A DNA stretch of 64,000 bases, taken from NCBI GenBank assembly GCA_030141605.1, contig JAQGDQ010000132.1:248001-312000 (forward strand), in the 5' to 3' direction. Both the position numbers and the translations under genes were made by a program. This document shows positions 12,820 through 26,100 of this stretch, in pieces. Each line of letters opens with the position of its first letter. Position 1 is the first letter of the stretch. The notes under the pieces were generated by a model that made no database searches, was not told the DNA's origin, and worked only from the letters and a program-made list of their open reading frames with translations. The stretch is from Tubiluchus corallicola (taxonomy: Eukaryota > Animalia > Priapulida).

Positions 12820-15800
12820 TCACTTGAGACAACGATCGAAGTATACTGCACCTATATATCCACCGCGCATGGATTTCTGAACATTCTGTTCAAACAAGCG
12901 ACGATTACTCTGTAGCACTTCAGCTGCTTCCTTATTTAGAGGGTCTTCAGGGTTCGGTTCCTGGAATGTATGATATAAAACAATAGACAATTCATCATTT
13001 TTGTGTATTGCATATGAACTGGTGCAATTTTCGCATCAGTCAATTAATAAAAGTTAGAGTGTAAAAAGTGCCGGGTGACTGTTTAGTCCAGCAAAAGCAG
13101 GATATACAAATAGGCTTACCATTCTTATAAATATTTCAAACGCAGCCGAGTGGTCATGGCATGTGCTTAGCACCCGAGAAGATGAACAGTGAACAGTGAA
13201 CAGATCAGTGAACAACAACACTCTGAGCAATTTGACTGGTCATACCGGTTCTGGCTGTTCACCTTGCTGATGGAGGATGCATTCAGGAGTATGGCTAAGA
13301 CACATCTGTCAGTAGAGTTTTATCTTAGGGATCAACCTTAATGATGAATTAAATTCAGGTTTCACCAAACCTACCCGGATTAAGTAGGGCCTGCCACTGA
13401 GACCTGGATCATAGTTTCAGGGTACTGAACCGCAAAATAGGTAATCTTGATTCTGAAATGCACATTTTCTAGAAGAAGACAAGCAAATTATACTGTTCTA
13501 ATGTTACGTAGATATAAAGCTTATCTTTGAAAGTTTCTATGAAGTGACTTGTGTAGGTCAGCTTTACGGGTCACTTTGCATTTGTAGGTCAACTTTACCT
13601 ATTATTTACAGGCACTATAACTATGATGCCATAGATACAATTATAAAAGCGAAACAAAACTGGTTTGGAAATTCTGCATTTGGTGGTTAAAAAACCTTGA
13701 AAAGATGACAGACAAGTTGGAAGCATTCTGACAATATTGGGCACCTAAACCGAGTATCCAGAATGTAACTTTATCCAACTCAAATTATTAAACAGTAATT
13801 CTTAAAAGAGCAAATTGTAATTAGTAACTTGTAAAACAGCAAATTGTAAATACTAACAAAAAGCCGGTTAAAATAAATGTTAATATTGCAAATTGCACAT
13901 ACCAGAAACAGATACTGTAAGCCATAAACTATAGAGTTAACAGTCAACACTGGCTTCCAATCTTCCCTGTTAAATCAAAAATCAGTAACTTTAAAGCACA
14001 AGAAAACACTATTCATTCATAAAGTTAAAAAATTTGCCTAGAAATTTCATAATACATTCAAACTGCAAACTGTTTTACTGCGTGCAGAACTTGTATTACT
14101 AGCTACACTATACAAAACATGAACATTTAAATCCCCACAATGACCGTAAGGCACAGCCATTTTAACGGCAAGTACTTTAAAATAAGTTTAGATAACATTG
14201 CATAAAGTTCGAAAAATAATCAGAGCCATTCGTAGTGCACATTTCACCAACAAAGCAAAGTATAAATTACCTTATCTTATTAATAACTACCTACCTTCAA
14301 ACATACTTCCTACCTACTTATCTTATTAATAACTACCTTCAAACCTAGACTCTAGGAGACGAAGTTTAAGTTTGGTGGCTGCTGTTGCACACGATGATAA
14401 CAGTTTTTGTTAAAAAAAGCATTTTAATAAAGCAATATTTTCCAACAAACTACAATTGCTCTGGCTAGTGACATATAAGTACCATATTCCAACATAGATA
14501 CTGCAAAATATGAAGCTCACCTTTGTGCACAGTGTGCACCTACTAAGTTCATTTGCATACTCTCAACAAATTCAACAGAAGGAATGCAAAATGGTTGGTT
14601 TTTTTATTCCAAAACTGGTTTAGGGTTAGGGGCAATAATCTTATGCCTTTTCTCAGCAAAAGAGGTAACACCAAACTGCCGTAAAATATTTTAATTCTCC
14701 GATCGTAAAACAGCATGAGCTGATGTTTCGATAATATAAGTAACAAAGTGACAGTTTATTTTCTAAAATTAGCTTACCTTAGAATATTGAGACACACATT
14801 TCCTTCAAGGTCAATATTAGGATGATAGATTAATGTCTCGCATTTGACTTTAGGTGGTTCATGTGGATATCCCTGGCCGACTTTGAAACTGAACGAAAAC
14901 CGTCCATTTCTGTAGAATCCCTGTAAAATCAATTAAACAGTTTCACTAATAAGCACATCTACACGTTTCTAAATTAATTTCTGACAGAAAGCAAATTTAT
15001 ACAGGCCTTTCTTAAAGGGGCCTAACCAGCTGATTAATTACACGGTTACGTTAATTTGTAAGAAGACTGTGCTGATTGTATATTTTATCAGAATTATTTT
15101 GTTTCTATTGGTATAATTGGCTTATAGGTTAGGCTCATTAAATTTTTTTTACTATCATTATTATGTTTTATTACTAATCGCGTAGATAATCTTGGCTGGT
15201 AACTCTGTTTTATGAAATACTTACATAAACTTACGTAAAGTATGTTCGAAATAAAATGACGCTACTAAAAATAATAAAAATATTCTCAAGCCTAAAATCA
15301 AATTAGTGAATATTTAAAAGTTGAAGAATAGCTGGAAAAATAAGTCACCCGGAACAGCATTTCCTGTGAACATTGTTGTTAATTTCTAAATATGTCATAA
15401 TAATAAGCTTGCTGCCTTTGAATTTGAAACTACTTTTGATTTTTGTCCTTTTTATCTATAACGGCTGTAACAGTAACCAGCCGCTATAGACAAAATGTAA
15501 CTATAGAGTAACAGTAACCACTGCAACTATAAACTTTTGACCTATAGGAACTGTTTGGAAAATAACTGATTAATCAGTCACATTCATTGAGCAGACAGCA
15601 GATGGAAGTCATAAGATTAGAGCATGGCTTAGAGCAGGGGTGACCACACATTTTTGCGAGCTATGACCAAGTCAAAATAACCTACTCATTACAAAAATGT
15701 AAAACATGTATTTACTTATGAATATATAATGAGTATTCTTTATATGTACAATCTCAGTTGGTGTACCTTGCATAACTGCATAAGCCCTTATTGCACAATA

Positions 15801-18025
15801 CAATACTCGTGGCCCAGCTCCCCCATTTTTATGCCCTTTCTCAAGTTTAGTAGAAATAAATTACAGGCTAACTTGTTAACTTGCATGAATTTTACAGTAG
15901 CTGCTTGGAGCATCAAGAAGATGACTGGCCCGATTTGTCAGCCCGCTAATAAAGTGCATGCGATTTTCCCACACTATCTTGGCTATTGACCGGTAGATCA
16001 CGACTGACGTAATGGACACCCCTGGTTTAGGGCAATAAGAACAACCCTCAGTTAATTCCCTCAAGGTCCGCCACAAGAGTATCGACCAGCTCTGAAGCTC
16101 TGACATGGCCAGTAGTGGTGTAACATGAACTTTTTTGCAAGCAAATATTAAACAGCTCATAACATTTGAGATAACAAGCTACAGACATGTACTAAGGATT
16201 AGCCAGATCAACCACAAAAACAATGAGTCAGTCCTGGAGATGAAGAGAGAGGTGACAGTTTCTATCAACTGTCAGAAAACGGAAACTACAGAACTTTGGA
16301 CATGTCATCAGGGTCTAGAACTTCAGTACTCACATCCTCGAGGGTGGAATCAGCGGGAAGCAGCTGAGATGACGACAAAGAAAACCCCGGATGAATGACA
16401 TCACGGACTGGATGTGGAGAATGTTAGGGCAGTATGCGGGATATCGCGAGAGAGAAAAGTCAATGGACAGTACTAATGCTTGCATACATGGTTCGCGGCC
16501 GACTCTTGGACTGGCGACGTGAGGACGCAAAGCAAGGCAAGGCAGTCACATTTCACAGAAAAAATTGCCGTATTTAAACCATGTATCATAAAAAAGCTGA
16601 ACGGGAAATGAGTCACATATCAGGTACACTGATAATGCACAAACCTCTTGGTGTTTACACAGACACATGACTCATTGTGCACTAGACTAGACCACTGATG
16701 TGTTAACAGTACAATGTTTAATAAAAAAACTACAGACTTAATGATTAACTCGTTTTTTTTGTATGTGTGTTTCACTGCGATTGGCAAGAGCGGTAGCAAT
16801 TTAAATTAAAAATTGGCGATTCGCAATTTTTTATGGTGGCTAAGAAAAAAAGACCTTCATTCCTCTTACAATGGTTTTATAACATTAATACAAACTAAAG
16901 TCTGAAATTTCAAGTCTAGGACAAATTAGATAATGTTAAGTAACTGTACAGTTTTGCATTTTAAACAATAATACGTTTGCTGAACTTGAGTGTGGAATAT
17001 CTGAACATTGCATTTATAATAAGTAGTATGAGCTTTTGCAAGTGTCATTATTGTTCGAAAAATCACTTTCATTAAAAGCCTTACAAAAATTACGATGAAA
17101 CAAACATTATTCTACCCAGTATCCATTTTACTACAGACCTATGTGCTATGGACTTAGAGGAAACACACTAGGCTACTTTAACATAGTCCTGCCTTCCTAA
17201 CCAGCTTCAGAGATCACTGATTAATGCGGAATGTGAAGATTCAATATTGTCACACACTAATACCTCTCTGTGACCATCACTCTATATTGATACTTCGGGT
17301 TAAACTGTTTTACGGAGTGGAATTAAAATAAATCAATATGTGCGTATATAAATCTGGATAATTATAACAACAAATAAGCTATTATTAGGCGTCTATGGAA
17401 TGCTTGTCAATTTCACAGTTGTTAATATTGCCAAGGTCGCTGTGCAACTGTAAGTCATCTTACAAGAAACACTAATTGCAATGTTTAGTGTGTTAGCAAA
17501 GTTCCACTGCTCTTGAAACCTGCTAAATTACCTCATCAGGACAAATAATTAGTTTGAAGTTCAAAAGGTCATCTGCATCTGGAAAATCTACTTGACATGT
17601 TTTTGGCAAGTTTAGCTCATTTATATCTGAAACAAAGAAACAATAACAACTAGTCAAATCAACAATACAAATTCAAATAACATACAAAATTAGAAATAGG
17701 TTCTAATGTTACTGCTGTACAGAACAGCTGTTTCAACACAAAGAAATTTTGAAAGTATACACTTTTTTTTACAAAACGATAACAACTTTCAAAATATCAC
17801 TTATTTACCAATTTCGACAAAATATTATTTCTTTTAACGTTTTCACGAAAATTCATCTTCACTCTTACGAATATGACCATTTTTTGACAAGACAAAATAT
17901 TGCGACATTCCAATTTTACCTTTCTGTATTCGCAGTTGAGCAGCTGACTGTCTTTTCCGAGTTCCCGATTTCTCGGCCGGTTCACCATCCTTCTTCTGTT
18001 GTTTTAAAGAAAAGAGCTTTATCAT
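12820..18025 (-). CDS. UBE2M: NEDD8-conjugating enzyme Ubc12 (UBE2M)
   Basis: Exons 18025-17920, 17626-17532, 14920-14778, 13966-13903, 12960-12820, all GT-AG and in phase. Protein [12 protein letters not shown]...[19 protein letters not shown]...[24 protein letters not shown]...[16 protein letters not shown]...YFDRCLK*, with the E1-binding N-terminal peptide, HPN motif and catalytic Cys. Confidence 0.97.
13141..13440 (+). mobile_element. Probable degenerate tRNA-derived SINE in UBE2M intron 4
   Basis: Starts with A-box-like cgcagccgagtggtcatggc, followed by short gtgaaca repeats and a more GC-rich body. Boundaries approximate. Confidence 0.35.
15635..16024. mobile_element. hAT (Charlie-like) MITE, 390 bp
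   Basis: Ends CAGGGGTGACC and GGACACCCCTG; 8-bp flanks gcttagag / gtttaggg (6/8 match); subterminal gaccggtagatcacgac typical of such elements. Confidence 0.75.
16148..16545 (+). mobile_element. 3' fragment of an RTE-clade LINE
   Basis: Frameshifted motifs [51 protein letters not shown] and RMNDITDW, matching the RTE C-terminal pattern; ends in a short (CAAGG)n tail. Confidence 0.85.
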
Positions 18026-18161
18026 GACTTAGATTATAGCTTACACAGACAAGACAACAAATGTCAACTCAATGTAAGCATTGAAAACATAAAATTATAC
18101 TCAATAAAAAGGCCAAATGATGTTTCTGCAACAAGCTTCCAGAACGGATGTAGTATTGTTT

Positions 18162-18174
18162 CGCCATCTAGCGG
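18162..18174 (-). promoter_or_regulatory. CTCF-like motif ~140 bp upstream of the UBE2M start codon
   Basis: Minus strand reads CCGCTAGATGGCG, a close match to the CTCF core, in otherwise AT-rich DNA. Confidence 0.45.
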
Positions 18175-20175
18175 GAACTTGAGAAATTAATGAGAAGTGC
18201 GTGTTTTCTTAAATAAAAATACTGTGCCCTATTAATGAGGAATTCGTAATGCTAGGCTTGTCAGAAACACAAAAACAGAGACTTGATGTAATCATAACCA
18301 AAATGTTTAATGCACTTGTCCTAAACGAGTAAAAAGCTCACGTGAAAAAGTGAATGTGTGAAAGTAATAAATTACTGTCATTAACACCTCATTGCACAAC
18401 ATATCATAGCTAAAAATTTGAATTAAAAAAAATCAAGCAAATTTTTACTGAAAGTACAATATTGACTATCACACTAAAGCAGCTCTCCAGCAGGTACAAA
18501 AATGGTACCCTATTCAACTGTGATTACACTGCACACAATAGGTGTAGCTAGTCATATGTGTGTTGTTATAAACACGTGTTATGCACTTAACACTTTAGCC
18601 TTAAAGGGTATAGTTTGTGCATATTATAAGGTTTACCTTAGAAGCTAGGAAAAAGAAAAGCCCATGCCTCACGTGTCTAGCTTTGGCTAGATGGTTAATT
18701 CATCTACTTACAAAGCCTTGATTAACAAGGAAGACAGTGCTAGTTAACCTATTGCTTAAAAAAACAACACAAAGTACACAACTGGAAAAACTGTGTTTTG
18801 TTTATATTATAAGCCAATTTGACGCCATATTGCTAATGTTGATAAACAAAATTTCAAATATAGTACACAAAGTTCATAAGATATTTAGTCAAAAATATTT
18901 TTATTGTTTAATAATATGCCATCTCAACATTTAAAACCAGTGTGACTGTACATTTGCGAACAATGAGAACATTCTGGTAATCGATGCTGAACAATTGTCA
19001 GCTAGACCGACAAACTGTGTTATAAACAAACAGACACTTTCACTAAAGATTACAGACAGTGACAGAAAAGTGAATTTAAAAAATTAATGAATAATTTATT
19101 TATTCATAAGTATCAGTAGTCGTTGAAGCAAAAATATCAAGTCAAGGTTTCCATCAAAGTTATGCACAAAACACAGCTAGTATTTAATTACATTTGCGGC
19201 TCTGGAGCACTTTTTGCACAGTCTGACGTACTGCAAGCCAGAATAAAATGCACGTCAGCAGAGTATACTACTAATGTCGTATGACTGTGGCAGGACTGGA
19301 ACGTAACTCACCAAGTATAATCTTATAAGATCAGTCATTGAATGACAGGCATCTGAGCCACATTCAGATGTGTATGCAACTTCTTTAATACAGAAATAAC
19401 TGGAGGCAACATGCAGGTTCCTGGCAGTCACCCATCAATTTAATACCCATATTTGCTACTGCTTAACTTGGTAATTAATGCACTCTGCAACCACAATATA
19501 AGTAACCTCTACTCTAAATACGATATGGATGAGTGAGTATTATACTGCTCATGAACCAAGCACCCATGAACTTAGCACCTGGAAGCTCGGTGCAGATTAT
19601 CATGGTGCCCTCAACTTGGTGCTCACAGCAAAGGCATCAAGTTAAAATCATCAAATATATAAGTTTGTCAAGGTAGATTTTTCATTGTTTAATCCTGCAA
19701 TATAAAATTTAAGTTTACTTGCATTACATAATGGTTTTCAAAATTAACACTAGAGCGAAAAATTTGATACTCCATTCAATTTCATAGACCACTACAAATT
19801 TAGCGATGTTCACACTCACTTGCAATCAAATATCTATTTGAATCTGCAGCCAAACAGGGAAAAAATTTAGTTTTTCAACTATTTAATGTCGGTGGTTATC
19901 GTATTAGTGTGTTGGCCACAAGGTCTATAAAGTCTCCAATAATTAAAAAAAAATAGGTTAGATTCCTATGAAATCTTGGTTTATGATACTTAATCCTTAC
20001 AGATACTATTCAAACTTAGGGAAAAGTATATTAAGAAGAAAGACAAAAATTTACAAGCAGTGTCACGTTTTATTTCTTTCAGCTGATCATGTAAATCACA
20101 TCAGACGTAAATGTTCACAGTTGTTCATCGCCACGCCAAATGTTTTTACAAGTAAAGGCTCCATACATCAGACAA

Positions 20176-23100
20176 TTAAGCTGTTGCTACAGATGAGAGA
20201 TGATCTTGAACATGAATGAGGTTACCCTTCCACAACTGCAATGTTTCCTTTAGCTGAACCCAGTTTTGCTTGCTAAATGTTCGCTGTGTACAATAGCTGA
20301 CATTCACCTTATGATTTTTCTGATCAATGCGACAGATCACCTTCTTCGTGGCAATTACTGTGAAAGCAAGAGAACAAAGTACAACTGTAATGCATTTACA
20401 ACTGCATATAAATTTCTAAAACGTTTTGTAAACTAAAATGTACTATATACTAAGACATCACTAATAGAGTCATCAGCAATAAAAAGTTTCCGAAAATGTT
20501 ACTGATTCTTGGTGGATATGGTGCCAAGAATTTCTAAAAAAACCTGCTAAAAACAATGGCATTGGGAGACAACAATAAGAAAGCCATCAGCAACAAAATG
20601 TTTCAGTAATTGTTACTGATCCTAAATGGGGATGGTGCCAAGAATTTCTAAAACAAACTTGCTAAAAACAATGGCGTCAGTGTAGTAGATTTATTTGTCA
20701 AGTTGCATGAATTCCTAGTGATCCAAGTGGTTTATTTCAGTAGTTATTAAAAAAGCTATATCTTAGGCAGACTACAGTAGAAAGGAAATACTTTCAAGAT
20801 ATTATTTTTTTGCATATAATATTTAAGACACTAAGTCACTTTTATTTCAAGTGATTGCGGACAGTCATCTTTTAGGGATGTAAACCCAATCCATGCAAAA
20901 GGCTTAACTTGAGTAGTTAATTTCTTTTCAAGTAAAACAATTAGTTAGCTTCATTTCAACAACTATAATGCTGCTATAGAATCTGTGTTGGATGTAGTAT
21001 GAAAAATGAGTTTCATAAATGATACAGAAAAAAAAATGTAAACTTTTATACCATCAATAATGAATGACTCGACTTCGTCAGAAGAGATCTTCATTTCTTG
21101 TGATATGAGGTCAAACGGCAACTCTCGCTTACTCTCTGCCATCGACATGAAAGTTAATAACCGCATCTTCTGTAAATTTGCTTCATGATTTAGACCTAAA
21201 AAGAGAAAGGAAGCATTGTCTGTTGGTTAATGAAAATAGTTTTCACTGAGAAAGAAGAAAACTAATCCATATACTACCTAGGGTACACGATCCTCTATCC
21301 CACTGTTTTATAGGTGAAGTGTACTTTTACACATCTCTAGATATGCTGATTCTTATATACTATGATTAACAATTTTGAAATAACAGCTTCATATTTGGCA
21401 ATGTGTTATAAACTTACAGGGATGGAAAAAGTCACAACATAATTATCTTAATACAAACTTCAAGCATGCTTAAAAAGGATGTCAACTTCCAAAAAGCACA
21501 AAATACACTGGTTTTTGCGCCTTGTCCAAAATGAGCTGGCATACGACATGTGGGGCTAAACAATTTGTGTGACTATCCAGCACGCAACTATCTAGCGAAG
21601 TTGCATATATGTAATATGTAACATATATAGCGTATAACATATATATACATATACACTAACACAAAAATGTAATGAACAATGCAGGCTCTCCAGCTGAATG
21701 AGGTGGTACTGCAAGTGGTGCAGTAGAGGGTATACAGAGCATCATAGTCACATGCCGCCCTTGGCCATTTTAGTATAATCACCTATTATATATTACACTC
21801 AAGAATATATGCACAAAACACCAATTAATTGTTTAATCTGTGACGGCCGAACTTCTGCTATGGGTGGCAGGAAAATCACATTCCAAAAGGCTTCTCGTAA
21901 CAGTTCACACATTTCACCTCCACAGTATAATTAACAGACGATAAGGATTAATGCATAAATGTTGCATTAAATTGTTTATTATAGGACGTAAATTGACCGA
22001 TGATACTCAGTGATAGCAAAACATAAAGAAAGTATGTAGACTCTAGAGAATTTTTAACACAATTTTTCTTGAGCAGTTTTGTGACTTTTGCATGAACCCA
22101 CGTCACTGAGGTTATCAAAAATGTGCAAATTATGGTGCTTATTTTTTGAATGTTTACTAATCTTTTTTTGTGCCCGGTAGTCTAATGAAGCCAAGTCTTC
22201 CAGAAGGCAGCAAAAATGAAGATCATGGTTAATTTACTATAATAGGCAACCAGTAAGATCAATTACTGAAAAAAGCTAAAACATACACCCATCAACTAGT
22301 AACACTACTGAGCTAGGAAGAAGGGGAAATGAGCCATTCCGTCTCCTAGCAAGTGAGACGTTTAAGACAATATACCAACATCTAAACTTACCACTGCAGC
22401 AGTGGGTGTTGCTGTTATGTCAATGTACATCAATGTGATCATTTTTGTTATTGTTAAAATTAGTTTAAGATATAATAACAAGAAAACTCGGACAGTTTTT
22501 GAGTTCTGCTCACCTAATGATGACACAAAGTCAGTATTTTGCTTATAGAAGGCTTGATACTGTTCCAGTTTTCCAGATACAAATATTGTTAGCAGCTAAA
22601 ACACGAGAAATGTTTTAAAATTTGCGAATTTACAGTATAAACAACATTAAGCGAGAATAAAGTAATCAAACAACAATTAAGGTGTAACATTAAACAAAAG
22701 TACACATTTGTGATAGAAAAATTTTTTAAATGAAAGGAATAATATGGTTAACAGTTTAAGAAGAAACAAAAATCAATGACAAAGTTTGTCTTATAAGTGT
22801 ATCGTATTGCCACTATGTGTATAATCATTAATTAGGATAGACAAGTTGCACTTTAGTAGAGGACAAAGACAAAATTGTACATTGCATAAATCACCGTTAT
22901 TTATAAAAAGGAAAGTTAAAAGGAAACGAAACTCTACGATTTTGAAACAACTATTCCTTAAGAAACAACTTAATCCAAAAAGTCACGTCATAACTGGATA
23001 TTCAAACCTACATAATAAAGTGCAAAAATCTCAGAGCTAGCAATATAAACTACTTACATCATGGATTAGCTCGCCTTCCAAAAATTTGACAGGTTTTAGC

Positions 23101-26100
23101 TGCAGCAACCCATCAAGAATTAACACATTGGGATCAGCTATGCATGATACTATGCACCTAGAAAATTCCAATAAGACAATCTTCGATTATCTTTGGCCAA
23201 ATGAGAACACGTGCTAACATAAATTAATCAATGTAAACCACTGCAGCATTTAATGACATTATAATCATGTTTTAACATGGAAATAAAAACCAAATTTTTT
23301 GGGTGATTTTGTGGAGGAAACAACTTGCGTACCTAAAGACTTCTTGTAAAAAAGTTTGCTTTTGTCATACAGATGCGTAAATGATGTATCCCAGTGATTA
23401 CAACTATTGGCTTATGTCTTGAATCATTTTTTGTCTGATTTAAGATTGCTTCTTAGCAATCACTGATGTTGCTTACAAGTGGCTAAGTGTAAAGCAGCTA
23501 CCGGAGCTTTAGTGGTAATTGCATTACTACAGGACACTAATACCAGCTTAGCTAGATTTGAGTGCTTGAGACATCATTTACCATTTTTTCTTAAAATAAA
23601 GCTGGGAATTTAATGAATTGCTTTGGTGTTATTCGCTTGCAAAGTACACTCCACAAAGCGATCTATCTGCATCCATGATAATGGTAAATATGGTGCTATA
23701 AATGGCATATCCAAGCTGCAGGCAGAAAAACTCAATACGCGAGAAACCAAATTCTTTGCATCCGTGCCATTTTTGTGTAATACTTAAACTACAGGTACAC
23801 TGATGCATTATGTATCTAAGGTATTTGTAAACGGACAAACGTTAGGTTTTCAGTAATTTTTTTAAAATATTACACCATTTCATTGGATATAACTTTATCA
23901 ACAGCAATTATAAAGCATTGCAAAATGACCAATTTTTAATAATTCGCTTTGATTTAAATCATTTAATACATAAATTCTCCATCAAAGGTACAACTTACAA
24001 GAAAATAAAAATATAGTACAAAAATAATTTACAGTAATCAATGCAGAACCTTCTTGCTAAATGTGGTGCAAACAATTCAGCTTCAAATATCGTGCAACGT
24101 ATCAACGTAGTCAAAAAAACTCTAGTTGATTATTAATATTGTATAAGTAGGTTACCTATGAGCTTCTGATCTAGCCTGTGATGCGTTGTCATCCGTGTAG
24201 GTACCCAGCAACTCAAACATAACCTTACTGGCTTCCTCACTATATTTCACTTCCAGCAAGGCTTCATAGAGCAGCCGATAAAGATTTTGAACGTTAGCTA
24301 TGCTCAAGTCCCATAAACATACCCATTTTTGTATCTGGAAACATGCGAGCATACTTTAGCAATATTATGTGGAATTTCAAAAATATTTGATGTTCACTGA
24401 CCCATCTTATCCAAATAATCCAGTTCAGATCAGAAAAAGTGTTACAAAAGTTTGCTAGTGTTCGAAAACTGAATAAAACATTCAGTATAGTAAAGCAGAC
24501 AACTTTGCTGTCTTTGCCAATGATTTTCAAAGCCTAATATAAAAATGTAATATTTTTTGGTATAATAGCATCTAAAATTGGGTATTAAAAGAAGCAGGGA
24601 TGGCAAAAATTAAAGTTTAATCATTACCTTGGATATATCAGTTTCGATCATATCAACATTATTAGTGTGGCCAGCAACTTTCACCAAGGCACAGTAAACA
24701 TTGTACCGCAATACCGAGCGCTCATCCAAACCATGAAACAAATTACTCAACCTGAAACCAATTTAAGAAAAATAGGTTATGTTTCAAATCAATAGATATT
24801 AGTGTTATTTAACTGTTTATTTTGAGTATATAAACACATACATATATACATGCACCCTCTATTTCCAGGGCTATAACAGTTAACAGTATTCACATTTCAT
24901 ATTTAACAACTTACAATAGCTATGCTAGCATTGTATTATCATTACCTTCGTAACTGTATTGATAACAATTTTCTGAAATTAATTAATCCCGTTAGGTTAG
25001 TGGCAAAATAAAAAATAATCTAACAAAATATTAGCAAAGTTAATTAAAATCAGATTATCACGACAAGTTAACATATAATTAACATCCTGGTGCTGTAAAA
25101 CGCGTGCACAGTTTTCTCGTTTATTGCAACTTACGAATTTACATAGAAACGGTAGATGATGTGGGGTTTTCCACCCATCCAAGCACTGGCTTATATTATT
25201 GCCTGAACAGAAGATCATTAAAATTACCTTGACCTGTTAGAAATATGCAGGCTAGACTATCAAGTTTTCTATTACCTCTCTGTACTGGAATATTCAAGGG
25301 AGCAGTACTTAGTGAATATGGATAAATTGGAGATGCCCCACAAATTATCTGTTGTGATACTTACATTTCCATATTCCTAATATATAATTATCAATATCGC
25401 TTTTAACATTTCCATATTCCTAATATATAATTATCAATATCACTTTTAACATTTCCATATTCCTAATATATAATTATCAATATCACTTTTAACATTTCCA
25501 TATTCCTAATATATAATTATCAATATCACTTTTACTATATTTAATGACTGCTTTGGGGATTTCTCGTAAATCTAAATTTCAGGCAGTAAAATCTTTAGTT
25601 ATTCCTAAAAATTCATTAGTTGCCAATAAAGCCAAACGTAAAAAGTATCTATTTAGAGTTATTGGACTGTTTTTTAATCAAATCAAATTTAATTTTACTA
25701 GATCACTGCTTAGCACTGACAAAGTTTTTAAGATAAATTTCCATGTTAAGCATTTCCACATAATCTCTAAAGGCGGTAATCCACATATTAACTGTAGCTT
25801 GTCACGGGATGGGTCGAAGTGAAAACCTGTCACAGTTTTCATGACGTCATAAATTACGTCGCCAAGAAACTCATGTTTATGAGCCATCCAAAATAATAAG
25901 GTAATACCAGTGCCTTAAACAATGCAATTACTGTTACCAAACTAAAACCTTCATAGAAACAACATTTATGTCGAATTGTCATCCACATGTTCCAAGCCTT
26001 CTTTCTAACAACACATATCTACATGGAAAAGTTAAAAACTGAATGAAAACATAATCAGTATATTTCATCATACTCGAATCCTCACTTTTATTCCACACTA

